DNA of 64,000 nucleotides from NCBI GenBank assembly GCA_965247115.1, contig CBDFGR010000003.1, positions 1,120,001 to 1,184,000 on the forward strand, written 5' to 3'. Source of the stretch: Myxococcota bacterium (lineage in GTDB: Bacteria > Myxococcota_A > UBA9160 > SZUA-336). Every line of letters starts with the position of its first letter. The first letter of the stretch is position 1. This document shows positions 40,890 to 51,515 of this stretch, piece after piece. The position numbers and the translations under genes are program-made. The notes under the pieces were generated by a model. It searched no databases. It had not been told where the DNA came from and saw only the letters and a program-made list of their open reading frames with translations.

Positions 40890-41300
40890 ATGAGCCGCAG
40901 TTTCCCTACGATCATGCTCGCATCGTTGGTGCTCGTCCTCGCGCTTGTAGCGCTTGTGGCGAGTGAGCAACTAAAGAGCAACGCCGACAGTTTCTCGGAG
41001 CTTCATCGGGCCAAAGTAGCCGACGCAACCAACGCCGAAGTCGTGATGGGGCTCATCGAAAGGGCGGGCGAATCGACGACCCCGAAGCACTACCACCCAG
41101 GGGGAGAGTTCGGCTTCGTTCTCGATGGCGTCGTATCGGTCGAAACGGAACGAAAACCGAGGACGACGCTGAGGGCGGGCGAGACCTTCTATCAGCCTCC
41201 CGGAGAATGGCACGTCATCAGCACGGGCGTTTCCGGAGCCAAGACAGTCGTCTTCCGAGTTCTTCAGAAGGGGCAACCCATGGTGGTAACAATCAACTAG
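40890..41300 (+). CDS. Exported cupin-domain protein
   Basis: KHYHPGGEFGFVLDG, GETFYQPPGEWH; signal peptide. Confidence 0.85.
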   Translation: MSRSFPTIMLASLVLVLALVALVASEQLKSNADSFSELHRAKVADATNAEVVMGLIERAGESTTPKHYHPGGEFGFVLDGVVSVETERKPRTTLRAGETFYQPPGEWHVISTGVSGAKTVVFRVLQKGQPMVVTIN

Positions 41301-41308
41301 GCATAACT

Positions 41309-42975
41309 GTGCCGACAATCCGAAACACTCTCGCTCATCGCCGACTTCTGCGCATCGGACGCTGGAGGACGATCTCGCTCGTTGCGGTCCCCTCGCGTTG
41401 GCATCCTCGGGGTCGCGCGCTGGCGAGGTCGTGCTCGGGAAGATCGACTTCCCGACCTCCGGGGCACCGGTAGCGCAGGAGGCGTTCGTCCGGGGCGTTC
41501 TCTGCCTGCACAGCTTCGAATACGACCCCGCCTCAGTTGCATTCCGAGAGGCGCAGGCCCTCGATCCGGACTTCGCCATGGCCTACTGGGGTGAGGCGAT
41601 GACCCACCATCACTCCCTGTGGCGCGTACAGCATCGCGAGGCCGCGATCGATGTCCTGAACCGACTAGGCAGGAACGCGGCCGAGCGCGGCGCCAGGGCG
41701 CCCACTCAGCGAGAGAAGGACTACATCGGCGCCGTGGAGATCCTGTTCGGGATGACCGACGGAACGGCGGATCTCCACAAGCTCGAGCGGGACGTCCGCT
41801 ATCGCGACGCGATGAAGGAGCTCCACCTCGCGTCTCCAGACGACCTCGAAGCGAGGGCCTTCTACGGACTCTCCATCCTGGGCGTCGGCAGCGCCAATCG
41901 CGACTACGCCACCTACATGAAGGCCGCAGCCGTCCTGACGCCGGTGTGGGACGCGAACCGCTCGCATCCGGGCGCTGCCCACTATCTGATCCACTCCTAC
42001 GATGATCCAGTTCACGCGATCCTGGGGCTGCCGATGGCACGAGCGTACGGAAAGATCGCCGTCAACGCGGCTCACGCGCAGCACATGACCTCTCACATCT
42101 ACGTCGCGCTCGGTCTCTGGGACGACATGACGGCTGCCAATATGACAGCGCTGCTAGTCGAGTCCGCAAAGACGGACGGCGAAGCCTCTCGAAGCCGGGA
42201 GGCGTGGCATCAGCGCTACTGGCTCCACTACGGACGCCTGCAGCAGGGGCGTCTGGATGATGCGCGGGAGATTCTCGAGGGCGCGCGCGAGCTCATCCGC
42301 GGCGAACACCTGCCGCACGAGCCGGACTACTACGGCGCGATGTACGCGCGCTATCTCATCGATACGGAATCGTGGGCCGAGTCGGAGACGTGGCTTGCAC
42401 CTGCGACCGTCGAGATACGAGTTCCGCACTACTACTTTGCGCGCGCACTCGCAGCGGCGAAGAGCGGTGAGATTGAGAAGGCGCGGGATCTGATGGAGGA
42501 GATGCGTCCCGGCGGCGCGGCCAATCCGGAGATTGTCCTGGCACAGAAAGAGGTCGACATCCTGAAGCTAGAGGTCCAGAGCGTCATCGCTGTGGCGGAG
42601 GGGCGCGAACAGGAAGCCGTCGATCTCGCGCGCCGCGCGGCGGAGCTTCAGGCACGCATGCCCTTCCGGTATGTGCCACCGAGAATCTCGAAGCCGACCG
42701 CAGAGCTGTTGGGTGACGTCCTCGCCGAAACTGGCGCTGACGAGCAGGCGGTGCTCGCCTATAAGGATCAGCTCACCCGAAGCGTGCGCCGCACCAATTC
42801 CCTTCTTGGATTGGCGCGTGCCAGCACCCGGATCGCTGAAAAAGCGACCGCGCAGGAGGCCTATGACGAACTTGCGGCCATCTGGCACGGTGCCGACCCG
42901 GGGATGGCTGTGCCCGGGGAGATCAGCCGCAGGGTGAAGCCACAACCGGATCGGCCAGGACGGAATCCCAACTAG
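41309..42975 (+). CDS. Exported TPR-like protein (main ORF 41398-42975; signal peptide probably in another frame from GTG 41309)
   Basis: FVRGVLCLHSFEY, DPDFAMAYWGEAM, HPGAAHYLIHSYD, HAQHMTSHIY; probable indel in the C-run at 41389-41392. Confidence 0.78.
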
Positions 42976-43410
42976 AGCCAGGCGCTGCGGCTGACCACGG
43001 AAAACCGATCAACAACGTTTGACAATATCTCGACCGCGCCTGCGACCGTAGTCTCCGTACGTCGTTGCCCCATCTCCATAAAGCTAAACATATCGGACCC
43101 TTAGGCAAATGGAGCTGCGTACGTTCTACCGTACCGAGGACTGAGAGGTGGTTCGTTGGCACCCCAGCTGAGCGGCCCTCTACCCTGTCAATAGGTTTCT
43201 CCAAGAGGCAGCAACTCTTGACAGCTCTCAGTTCCCCTGTTCCTCCCTATATACTTCACGCAAAGCTGCGAGATGCTTCACTCCCAAAATGCTTCTTCTC
43301 GCACGATCAATGCCCTGCAGCTCCTTGAGCAAAGGGAACAATTCCTGACTCAGACTCTGCTTAGGTATTCGGCTTAATCGAGACTCATCAGCCTTTGGAG
43401 GGAGAAAACT

Positions 43411-44378
43411 ATGCAACGGAAACCCATCTCTCTGTCTATCTCTGTACCAAAGAGACGGCTTCTCACGTGGCTCGTGAGCGTACTTTTCTTCCTGCCGCAG
43501 CCCCTCTTAGCGCGAACGATGGGTGACCTCGAAATAGTGGAGGACACGACTCTGACAGAGAACCATCAGGGCAACATCATTATCTTGGCAAACCGCATCA
43601 CCCTGGACTGCAACGGCCACACTGTCTCCGGACGACGCAGGGGAAGGGGACGCCCCCCGATTGATCCTGTCGGCATCCTTCTTACGAATAGGAAGAACGT
43701 GACCATCAAGAACTGCCATGTTCGTGGGTTTAACATTGGCATCGGTCTCAATGGTTCCAAAAACAACGAGTTGATGGGAAACACTGCTACACGCGCCAGT
43801 TGTACCCCCGAAGTTGAACTTTGCGGAAACGGCTTCGTGCTCTTTGAGTCCGGCAAGAACAAGTTGACGGAAAACACCGCTAACGATAACGGCTTCAGCG
43901 GGTTCCTTGTCATTGACTCTAAGAACAACCGCTCGAGGATAGCAGGGCTGACGATAACGATATCGCCGACGGCTTCCAGATTTTCCGAGGTTCTAACAAC
44001 ACGCTTTGGGGCAACAGCGCTTACAATAACGCCCGGAACGGCTTCCTTATCTTTCAGTCTGACAACAACACGCTCGAGGGCAACATCGCTAGCGATAACG
44101 CCGCCAACGGGTTCGGGTTCTTCGATCGTACTGCCCCTCCCCTGCCCGACCGCGGGATCGATGGATCTGACAACAACACAGTTGTGGACAACACGGCCCT
44201 TGATAACGGCACCAACGGCTTCCGTGTTGTAGGCGAATCCGAAATGAATACGCTCGAAGCGAATGAAGCGCTTGGCAACGGTAATTTCGATGCCCTCGAC
44301 GACGACGTCCCAGGTGGTTTTGAGAATACGTGGGTGGGCAACGTCTTCGGTACCACTTCGGGGATACCCGCCCAGTAG
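43411..44378 (+). pseudogene. Right-handed beta-helix (NosD/CASH-type) exported protein, frameshifted near 43930
   Basis: ITLDCNGHTV, NVTIKNC and NN-L-N-A--N--GF repeats continue in the next frame (LEDSRADDNDIADGFQIFRGSNNTLWGN) to the stop at 44378. Confidence 0.8.
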
Positions 44379-44670
44379 ATGCCTATCAGGGGGAGCAACC
44401 GTTTCGTCTGGAGAGTTTTCCCGGGACCTTCCCGGGTAGGCAGCCGAGGAGCCGAGCTAGAACTCGACACTTCTCTGGGATGGGCTTCTGGGTCTACTAT
44501 GACCCCATGACGACACTCGAAGAGTCTGGGTGCGACTCGCCCGGCGGCTCCCTCCGCGACGGCGTTGGCAGCCTCGTCCCGATCGGCATCAGTGCGATCA
44601 CCTCCCGGTGCCGAGTCGACGGTGTGGACGCGCTCCTCGATGGAAAGCGAATCCGCGGGGGTATCCTTCC

Positions 44671-45804
44671 GTGACCACGTTGAGCCGGCTCACATGGCGT
44701 ATCCACTCGCTGGTCTTGGTCTGTTGTGCGTGGCTCGCGTGCGGGGGGCAAGGGTTGGAGCAGTTCCTGAGCTCCAGCCAGGGGGCCGAGATGGTGGCCT
44801 CTTGGGTCAGAACCGATCTCACATCGACAGGCGCGGGGTGGCAGCCCGCTGGGGTATCGCTGCAAGCCGGGCAGGAGCTCACCCTGTTCGCCTCGGGCGA
44901 GATCGATATCGGACTCAGCCAACCCCTCCATCCCCGCCACGCGATCTGGTATCGGATCGGTAGCGAGGGCCCCGCATTCAATCTCGCCAGCGACTTCTTC
45001 ACGACCCGCGCAGAGAATGCGGGCGAGCTCTTGCTCGCGGTTCGTCCACTGGGCGTCTACTGGACAGACCGCCGCGGGACCTTCCCGCCCGAGTTCCTCG
45101 ACCTTCCGCCTTCTCCGATCCAGCAGTCGGTGGTGACCGTTGTCTGGAGAGGCTCCGCAACCGAGGGACTCGAGGCGCTGTCCACGGTCGGAGTGGCGGA
45201 AGCGGAACAGGCGTCGGCGGCGATTCGCGAGCGCCGTCCCCTTCCCAAGGGATTCGACTACCTCTGGTTCCTCAACCAATCGAACGTCTTCGGCGCCTGG
45301 GCGGAGTCAGGACGGAAAGGGATCCACGCTTCTGCCACCGACGATTTGGGCATCGTGAAGGTTGCGGTCGACCTGCCCGTGACTGATGGGACAGCAATCG
45401 AGTTCGACTGGCGGTATCTGTCGCTGCCTGCGCTCGGTCCCGAGACCGAGGCCAGCTTCCATGACTATCTGAGCATCGCGGTCGAGTTCGACAATGGCCA
45501 GGACATCACCTGGTTCTGGTCGAACTCTCTAGAAGCAGAGCACAGCTTTCGGTGCCCACTCGAGTGGTGGGATCAGCGCGAGACGCACATCGTGCTGCAG
45601 AGCGGGAGCGAGGGTCTCGGCCAGTGGTTCAGCCATCGCCGTCCAGTGAAACTGGATTACCTGAACGCTGTAGGGGGGGAAGCACCAAGTCGCATCGTGG
45701 GCGTCTGGTTCATTGCCAACAGCTTGTTCGGCCGCCAGCCTGGAGAGGCCATCTTCTCCAATGTTGTCCTGTACGACGGGAACGCAGAGTTGCGGATCTT
45801 CTGA
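44671..45804 (+). CDS. DUF3047-family protein
   Basis: FDWR, HDYLSIAVEFDNGQDITWFWS, RETHIVLQSG, VWFIANS. Confidence 0.7.
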   Translation: MTTLSRLTWRIHSLVLVCCAWLACGGQGLEQFLSSSQGAEMVASWVRTDLTSTGAGWQPAGVSLQAGQELTLFASGEIDIGLSQPLHPRHAIWYRIGSEGPAFNLASDFFTTRAENAGELLLAVRPLGVYWTDRRGTFPPEFLDLPPSPIQQSVVTVVWRGSATEGLEALSTVGVAEAEQASAAIRERRPLPKGFDYLWFLNQSNVFGAWAESGRKGIHASATDDLGIVKVAVDLPVTDGTAIEFDWRYLSLPALGPETEASFHDYLSIAVEFDNGQDITWFWSNSLEAEHSFRCPLEWWDQRETHIVLQSGSEGLGQWFSHRRPVKLDYLNAVGGEAPSRIVGVWFIANSLFGRQPGEAIFSNVVLYDGNAELRIF

Positions 45805-45924
45805 GGAACACGTCCTTCGTAGGGTGACCGCTACGGGACGCCACCTCTCGCCATCTTGTCATGAGCCCCGGCTTTGGGTAAAACGTCGGAGAGTCCGGCA
45901 CCCACCTGCCGAGGGAGATCCGCC

Positions 45925-46869
45925 ATGAGCGCATCCATTCCGAGCTTCAGCCGAGACGACAAAGCGGCAGATGTGGCGGCAGCGCTTCGCCGGGACGGAG
46001 CGGCCATCGTGCGCGAGCTGGTTGCCCCGGAGGTCATGGATGCGCTCACCGGGACGTTCGAGCCCGAGCTCGAGCAGCAGGAGCCTGGAGGCGGTCGGTT
46101 CTTCGGCTACAGGAAGAAGTCCATCGGCCGGCTCTTCGCACGGGGGAGCGAGTTCAGCGAGCAGCTGCTGCTGAGTCCTCTCCTGCTCGAGGTGACTGAT
46201 GCCATCCTGCTTCCCCACTACCCGATGGCCCCCTCTGCAGCCGCGGAGGAACCGCCTGAGCCCGTGGATTCCGACGAATCGGAGGACAACTACGCGCAAC
46301 TGCTGCGATCCAGAGATCCAGTCCTGGGGCCCAACTGCCACCACTACCGGGTGAACGTCGGAGGTGCGCTGCAGATCTGGGGAGGCGGAACAGCCCAGAC
46401 CCTGCACCGAGAGATGGACATCTACCGCCCTTTCCTCGAGCACGATCCCGAGCAGCCGGAGTACATCCTGGCGGTCAACTGGGCAGGCACCGACTTCACT
46501 CGTGACAACGGAGCTACCCGGCTTGTCCCGGGGAGCCACCGCTGGCCCCAGGAGCGCAGGGCGGAGGAGCACGAGGTGGCCCAGGCTGTGATGCCGAAGG
46601 GCTCGGCGGTCTTCTGGCTGGGCAGGGCGCTCCACGGTCTCGGGGCAAGCCGAAGCGACGAGCCGCGCACCGGGATCATCTTCACCATGGTCGTGAACTG
46701 GCTCGCCACCGAAGAGAACCAGTATCTGGCGGTGCCACCGGAGATCGCGCGGACTCTGAGCGAGCGGGCGCAGCAGCTGCTCGGCTACCGGGCGAGCTCT
46801 ACCATTGGTTGGGTTCCCGGCCTCGACAGCGAAAACATGCTGCTCGATGGCAAGAGCGGTCCGCTGTAG
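45925..46869 (+). CDS. Phytanoyl-CoA dioxygenase family (Fe/2OG) protein
   Basis: QTLHRE, DFTRDNGATRLVPGSH, LHGLGA, EENQYL. Confidence 0.9.
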   Translation: MSASIPSFSRDDKAADVAAALRRDGAAIVRELVAPEVMDALTGTFEPELEQQEPGGGRFFGYRKKSIGRLFARGSEFSEQLLLSPLLLEVTDAILLPHYPMAPSAAAEEPPEPVDSDESEDNYAQLLRSRDPVLGPNCHHYRVNVGGALQIWGGGTAQTLHREMDIYRPFLEHDPEQPEYILAVNWAGTDFTRDNGATRLVPGSHRWPQERRAEEHEVAQAVMPKGSAVFWLGRALHGLGASRSDEPRTGIIFTMVVNWLATEENQYLAVPPEIARTLSERAQQLLGYRASSTIGWVPGLDSENMLLDGKSGPL

Positions 46870-46978
46870 ATCAGCTCGGGCGCGACCTCTGTGGTGCGAC
46901 GGCGGGACGTCGAGCGCGGGCTCGAGCTACTAGAGTGTCGCGGCAATCCGCGTGACCCATCGATTCTAGAGGACGGAG

Positions 46979-47356
46979 CTAAGCAAAGCCGAATTTCTTC
47001 ATGCCTTCAGCCATCGCGTTCGCTTCGATGACGATGAGTTCGCGAAAGTTACCCCGCATCTCCCACGTCCCGGTGAACCCTTTGGGAACGATGAAATTGT
47101 CGTTCACGTTGAATTCCTGCGGCGAGCCGCCGTCGTCGGTCAAAACCGCGGTGCCGTTCAGAACATGAACGAATTCGTCGAAAGGGTAATCCACGAAATG
47201 CAGCAGGCCATCGTCTGCGTCATAGACCATGGTGACAAGTTGTCCGGAGAAGAAATCATGGCTTCTGTGACTCTCCACACCTTGTTTTAGGATCTCGGGC
47301 GGCCACTCCGGCATGAGCTTGGTCTTGCCAGTGCAAAAGGGGTAGCGTCCATCCAT
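46979..47356 (-). CDS. Cupin (DUF861-like) protein, possibly 5'-truncated
   Basis: YPFDEFVHVLNGTAVLT, VPKGFTGTWE. Confidence 0.7.
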   Translation of the reverse strand: MDGRYPFCTGKTKLMPEWPPEILKQGVESHRSHDFFSGQLVTMVYDADDGLLHFVDYPFDEFVHVLNGTAVLTDDGGSPQEFNVNDNFIVPKGFTGTWEMRGNFRELIVIEANAMAEGMKKFGFA

Positions 47357-47385
47357 CGAAGATCGCGGACCTTCCCGTGTGCATG

Positions 47386-49392
47386 TCATTGAAGGGTCAG
47401 GAACCTCTCGCGTTCCTTCGAGAGGAACCGTACCACTTCGTACTCGAAGGGCGTTCCGACCTCGCCGTAGCGGAAGGGCGTATGAACGCGGGTGTCCACG
47501 GCTTCGACGGGGGTGAGCAGGAGAGGGTAAGCGAGGAGAATGTATGGCAGTCGGTCCACGACGGTTCCCGCAAAGCCGCGCCCCGACGATGGACCGAGTA
47601 GTGGGACCACGAAATAGGGACCCGTTCCGGCTCCCCACCGGGCCAACGTCTGCCCAAAATTCTGCTGGTGCTCGGGCACACCGAGTCGGGTCGCCGGGTC
47701 CCAGAGGCCGACCACGCCCACCGTCAGGTTGATCCCAAGGCGACCGAGCGTCTGTCCTGCTCGCTTCGGCTTCACCTGCAGAACGTAGTTCACGAACGTG
47801 GTCGCCTGGTCCAGAGTCCGGAAGATGTTGTGGATCCCGGCGCGCACGAACTCAGGAGCGATGAACTCATAGCCGCGGACAGCGGGCAGGAGTATGTAGC
47901 GGTCGAAGCCCGCGTTGAAGATATAGGTGCGCCGGTTCGTGCTCTCCAGTGGGTCTCGCACGTCCAGGAAGCCGGGGATGTTGGCCGCGAGATCGGGGGC
48001 GACGCGCTGTAGTGCGCTCGAGGTCGCTTCCTGCGGTCCGGGCAGAGGGGCGGAGGTCGACGCGCCCTGAGCCACGACGGGAGGCCCCTGTAAGAACGCC
48101 AGCATCTGCGCGACATTCTCCTCGTACATGAGGCTCCCGCAGTGACCACCCCTCGGATAGATAGTCGCGCGCTCCGCGAACGTCGTGCGCAGGAACTCGA
48201 CGTCGGCCTCGTCCAGAATAGGGTCATCCGCACTCGTGATGACCGCGATCCGATCCGAGCGTCGGAGGTAGTCCTGGATGGGTCCCAGGCTGTTCGCGAG
48301 GATGAGCGCATCGCGGTCGAGCTCGGGCCGGCGTTCCGACCAGAACGGCAGGAGTACGTCGTCGAGGTAATCGCTGAAGCTCCACCGCCCGCCTGCTTTG
48401 AGGTAGGGCAAGAGCGGCGTCCCGCGAGTGAGCTCCGTCTCGGGGTCCACAAGCTGCCCTGACCCGGTCATCACGTCGGAGCTAAAGAGCATGCGCGCGA
48501 GGGAGATCCGAAAGACCAATCCGATCATGCCGCGGAGCTCCTGCCTGGTTGGCTGCGCTGCGCCCGTGGCGTGGAAGAGGAGTTCGACATCGAGCTTCTC
48601 ACGGCCCTGCGCGTGAACGTATCCCACGACCCGTTCGAAGAGGTTGTCAACGAGCTCCTGCAGCTCCGCCGCCCCGCCCGGAATACTGTCACGCACCATG
48701 TTGTCGAGCCGGTTGACGGAGGCCTTCAAGCTCACCGATGGGTTGATAAGCAGGACCTTCTTGAAGTCGAAGACGCCCTCATCCTCGTCGAGATGAGCGA
48801 CGTACGCGGCCTGCGTCCCGCCAAGGCTGTAGCCGGCGATGTAGAACTCCGACACATCGACCTCGTGCTGGATGTCCTCGTAAATTCGCTTCATAGCGCT
48901 GTAGAGATCGCTGACGTCGGCCTCCATGAAGCCGGGCACGGACGAGCGCGACGCTGTGATGATGAAGTCGGGGTGCGTGGGTGAGGAGATGTTCACGACA
49001 CTCATCCCGGCCTGGTAGAGCACTTTTTGCAGGTACGCGTTCTTCTCGCTGTCAAAGCGCGCACCGGTACCCGCGATCAGAAAGATCAGCGGGGCGGGCT
49101 CCCTCTGCGCTACGAAGGAGTACTCAAACTTCTTGCTGCTCCAGAGGACTCGGGGGATCTCTCGATCTGGGAAGAGCATGAGCGATCGCCGCTCGACGTC
49201 GATCGTGTCCGGCACCGCCGCACGGAGTGCTGGTGGAGTTCCGAGCACCGTGGCGAGGAGCGGGTCCGCGATCGGATAGCCGTAGCTCGCTGTGGCGCGA
49301 GCGCTCGGGAGCTCGTCCGCGCGGGCTGCAGGCGTGACCGCGAGCACGAGGAGGCCCAGGAGGACGGCGCTGCAGTGCGGACGTGGCGGCAT
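47386..49392 (-). CDS. Alpha/beta hydrolase fused to a VacJ/MlaA domain
   Basis: Signal peptide; IAGTG, GYSLGG, DDPIL, GGHCG; C-terminal DPLESTNRRTYIFN, INLTVGVVGLWD, FGQTLARWG...PYFVVPLLGPS. Confidence 0.85.
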   Translation of the reverse strand: MPPRPHCSAVLLGLLVLAVTPAARADELPSARATASYGYPIADPLLATVLGTPPALRAAVPDTIDVERRSLMLFPDREIPRVLWSSKKFEYSFVAQREPAPLIFLIAGTGARFDSEKNAYLQKVLYQAGMSVVNISSPTHPDFIITASRSSVPGFMEADVSDLYSAMKRIYEDIQHEVDVSEFYIAGYSLGGTQAAYVAHLDEDEGVFDFKKVLLINPSVSLKASVNRLDNMVRDSIPGGAAELQELVDNLFERVVGYVHAQGREKLDVELLFHATGAAQPTRQELRGMIGLVFRISLARMLFSSDVMTGSGQLVDPETELTRGTPLLPYLKAGGRWSFSDYLDDVLLPFWSERRPELDRDALILANSLGPIQDYLRRSDRIAVITSADDPILDEADVEFLRTTFAERATIYPRGGHCGSLMYEENVAQMLAFLQGPPVVAQGASTSAPLPGPQEATSSALQRVAPDLAANIPGFLDVRDPLESTNRRTYIFNAGFDRYILLPAVRGYEFIAPEFVRAGIHNIFRTLDQATTFVNYVLQVKPKRAGQTLGRLGINLTVGVVGLWDPATRLGVPEHQQNFGQTLARWGAGTGPYFVVPLLGPSSGRGFAGTVVDRLPYILLAYPLLLTPVEAVDTRVHTPFRYGEVGTPFEYEVVRFLSKERERFLTLQ

Positions 49393-49405
49393 CGCGCGGG
49401 GGCTC

Positions 49406-49600
49406 CTAGGTCTTCCTCGGGCCGCCCAACTGGTGCGCAGGAACGACCTCGATCGTGACGCAACCGCAAAGCAGAACAGTGGCGAGGAGGTAGAATCGCA
49501 TCAAGACCGGTTGGAAGTCCAATAGCATGTCGGAGTCCGGCTGGAACCAGAGGACCAACACTAACGCCGTCAAGGCCCCGGCGGCTCCTACTGGAAGCAC
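49406..49600 (-). CDS. Small hypothetical membrane protein
   Basis: Two hydrophobic segments; no recognisable family. Confidence 0.3.
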   Translation of the reverse strand: MLPVGAAGALTALVLVLWFQPDSDMLLDFQPVLMRFYLLATVLLCGCVTIEVVPAHQLGGPRKT

Positions 49601-49614
49601 CCAGCGCGCTCCCC

Positions 49615-49929
49615 CTAGTCAGTGGGCACCTTATAGTCGGTGCCATACTCGGCGTTGATATCGTCATAGATCTTCTTGACGACCTCGGGGAACGGCTCGC
49701 GGCCGCTCAGAACAAAGTCCGTGAAGCCAATCCGGGAACTCCGGTCCGGCGGTAGTTTCTCGCCTACCGCCGGCTGCGGCCAGATGTCCTCGTCGATCAC
49801 AGCCATACGCACTCTGATGTCGTCCTTGGTGACGTTCCACACCATGTAGTCCGTGGCCATGGAGTTCACGGCGAGGGCAACAAACTGCTCAACGGCATCA
49901 CCTTGCCTGTTGAGAGAATTCGGCCTCAT
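49615..49929 (-). CDS. Hypothetical protein, probably a C-terminal gene fragment
   Basis: Protein-like composition in the last roughly 90 codons; weak start. Confidence 0.35.
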   Translation of the reverse strand: MRPNSLNRQGDAVEQFVALAVNSMATDYMVWNVTKDDIRVRMAVIDEDIWPQPAVGEKLPPDRSSRIGFTDFVLSGREPFPEVVKKIYDDINAEYGTDYKVPTD

Positions 49930-49934
49930 AGGCG

Positions 49935-50411
49935 TCAGACGTCGCTCTCGATCCTCGGTATTACGATGCCATCGATGTACGCCACAAAGTCCGCAGAGAA
50001 GTTGAATGGCCGTGTTCGCCACCAATCGCGTGCCCCTTGCCCTGCCAGTAGTGTATCGATGGTCGGCTTTTCGGCGTCCCATAGAGTCGTATCGCCAGTG
50101 CCATGATGGCTTTGATAGTGGAGAACGTCCATCACTCGGAAAGCCGCGTGCATAAAGAAGCCGTACTGGGTCTGCTCCTCCTCGGATAGCGCAGAGTAGG
50201 AGTTGTTGCCATCTTTGAATATCCGCGCTAGGTCCGAGTTCGTGGCCATCATGACATTAATGCCGTTAAAGGAATCGGTGATGCCGTGATAGTTAGAGCT
50301 TCGGACCTCTTGGGTGTTCTGCTTGATCTGTCGTGCCAGGTAGACGAGGGTAACTAGGACAGCCGCAGCACCCAATACCTCACCAACTGCTCCAATTGCG
50401 TCCCAATCCAT
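49935..50411 (-). CDS. Conserved hypothetical protein with N-terminal TM helix
   Basis: MDWDAIGAVGEVLGAAAVLVTLVYLARQIKQNT...GARDWW...FSADF. Confidence 0.75.
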   Translation of the reverse strand: MDWDAIGAVGEVLGAAAVLVTLVYLARQIKQNTQEVRSSNYHGITDSFNGINVMMATNSDLARIFKDGNNSYSALSEEEQTQYGFFMHAAFRVMDVLHYQSHHGTGDTTLWDAEKPTIDTLLAGQGARDWWRTRPFNFSADFVAYIDGIVIPRIESDV

Positions 50412-50453
50412 CCTGTTGCCTTGCTACATCAGTTGTAGGTCGTCAGATCTGTA

Positions 50454-50597
50454 CTACAAAGGGTGGCAGAACCTCTGCCGCGGCGCGTTGGTCCTCCCGC
50501 ATGACGGGCAGTCCACCTCGGTGGTCAGGACGCTTCCGCACTCACCACAGAAGCCAGCATCCTCAGGGTTCTCGTGGCCACAAGACGAGCAACTCAC
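50454..50597 (-). pseudogene. Double zinc-ribbon fragment (orphan N-terminus, typically of a class III cyclase)
   Basis: Manual translation VSCSSCGHENPEDAGFCGECGSVLTTEVDCPSCGRTNAPRQRFCHPL*; stops inside the fourth CxxC. Confidence 0.7.
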
Positions 50598-50718
50598 GCG
50601 GCCATCTTACAGTCGGAAGGAGCATTCACGGACCGCCCGTCAACGTGAGAGAAAGACCGACACGTAGGTGCAGCGTGCCCAAGAATCTACTAACTATCTG
50701 TATTTGCTAGGGATTTCT

Positions 50719-50741
50719 GTGCCGGGGACCCGGTTCGACCC
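50719..50741 (-). other. Eroded tRNA 3'-end (att) remnant
   Basis: GTGCCGGGGAC is identical to the cores at 53799 and 56323, then diverges (CCGGTTCGACCC); preceded by an A/T-rich arm. Confidence 0.5.
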
Positions 50742-50878
50742 TTAGCCTGCAGCCGGATCGAGCTGCCGTTTGCGGCCTGAACGTTCCCCGGCCGCTGGGG
50801 GCCATTCACGACGGGCTGCGAGACCTGGCGTGCAGTTCCCAACCGCCGACGAGCTTGATACTCGTCGGATCTCCCTGC

Positions 50879-50909
50879 CTGAATCGACTGAATCGACTGA
50901 ATCGACTGA
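50879..50909 (+). repeat. 9-bp tandem repeat (CTGAATCGA x3.4)
   Basis: ctgaatcga ctgaatcga ctgaatcga ctga, running into the RBS of the next gene. Confidence 0.9.
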
Positions 50910-50920
50910 GGAGGATGGCG

Positions 50921-51370
50921 ATGAGCTCACGCGACGAGATCAACCATCTGGTCAACCACTACGGCTTCACGATCGACACGGGCGACCTCGACGGATTTGC
51001 GAGCCTGTTCGAGCACGGCGACTGGGGTCTAGAGGGGTCGCGGCGCTACGTGGGCAAGGACGGTCTGCTCGAGATGATGGCCGACGTAGTGATCTACCCC
51101 GACGGTACCCCGAGAACAAAGCACCTCACTGCGAGCTACGACTTGGACATCGACGAGGGCGCGGAGACCGCAAAGGGGCAGTGCTACGTAACTGTATTGC
51201 AGCAGACCGACGACTTCCCGCTACAGGTGATCTTCGCCGGTCACTACTTCGGCGAATTCGAACGCGTCGACGGCGCCTGGCGCTTCGTCAAGCGCATCGT
51301 TCGCCACGCTCTCGTCGGGGACATGAGCGCTCACCTGAAGCCCACGTCCGGCTTCATCTCGGCTCATTGA
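50921..51370 (+). CDS. SnoaL/NTF2-like protein
   Basis: EINHLVNHYGFTIDTGD, TKHL, GHYFGEFERVDGAWRFVKR. Confidence 0.85.
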   Translation: MSSRDEINHLVNHYGFTIDTGDLDGFASLFEHGDWGLEGSRRYVGKDGLLEMMADVVIYPDGTPRTKHLTASYDLDIDEGAETAKGQCYVTVLQQTDDFPLQVIFAGHYFGEFERVDGAWRFVKRIVRHALVGDMSAHLKPTSGFISAH

Positions 51371-51515
51371 TCGCGTTCACCTCCCGACTCTCCTGGTGCG
51401 TGGTGCCGTCCTCAGCGGGAACGGCGGCGGGGATCGCCTCTGAAAAGACCTCATGGATCTCAGTGGCTATGGGCCGTAGCCATTCGACCTCAAATTTCAT
51501 TTGACCCGTTTACCA

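Noticed and set aside
42976..43410. A/T-richer intergenic region as an ncRNA or riboswitch
   Set aside because: No recognisable motif or convincing structure by eye; probably the promoter region of an acquired gene. An Rfam search would settle it.
43900..43960. Programmed ribosomal frameshift in the beta-helix gene
   Set aside because: No slippery heptamer or stimulatory structure; a simple indel is more parsimonious.
49400..50460. Run of short same-strand genes as integron cassettes
   Set aside because: No paired RYYYAAC/GTTRRRY attC boxes and no integron integrase seen.
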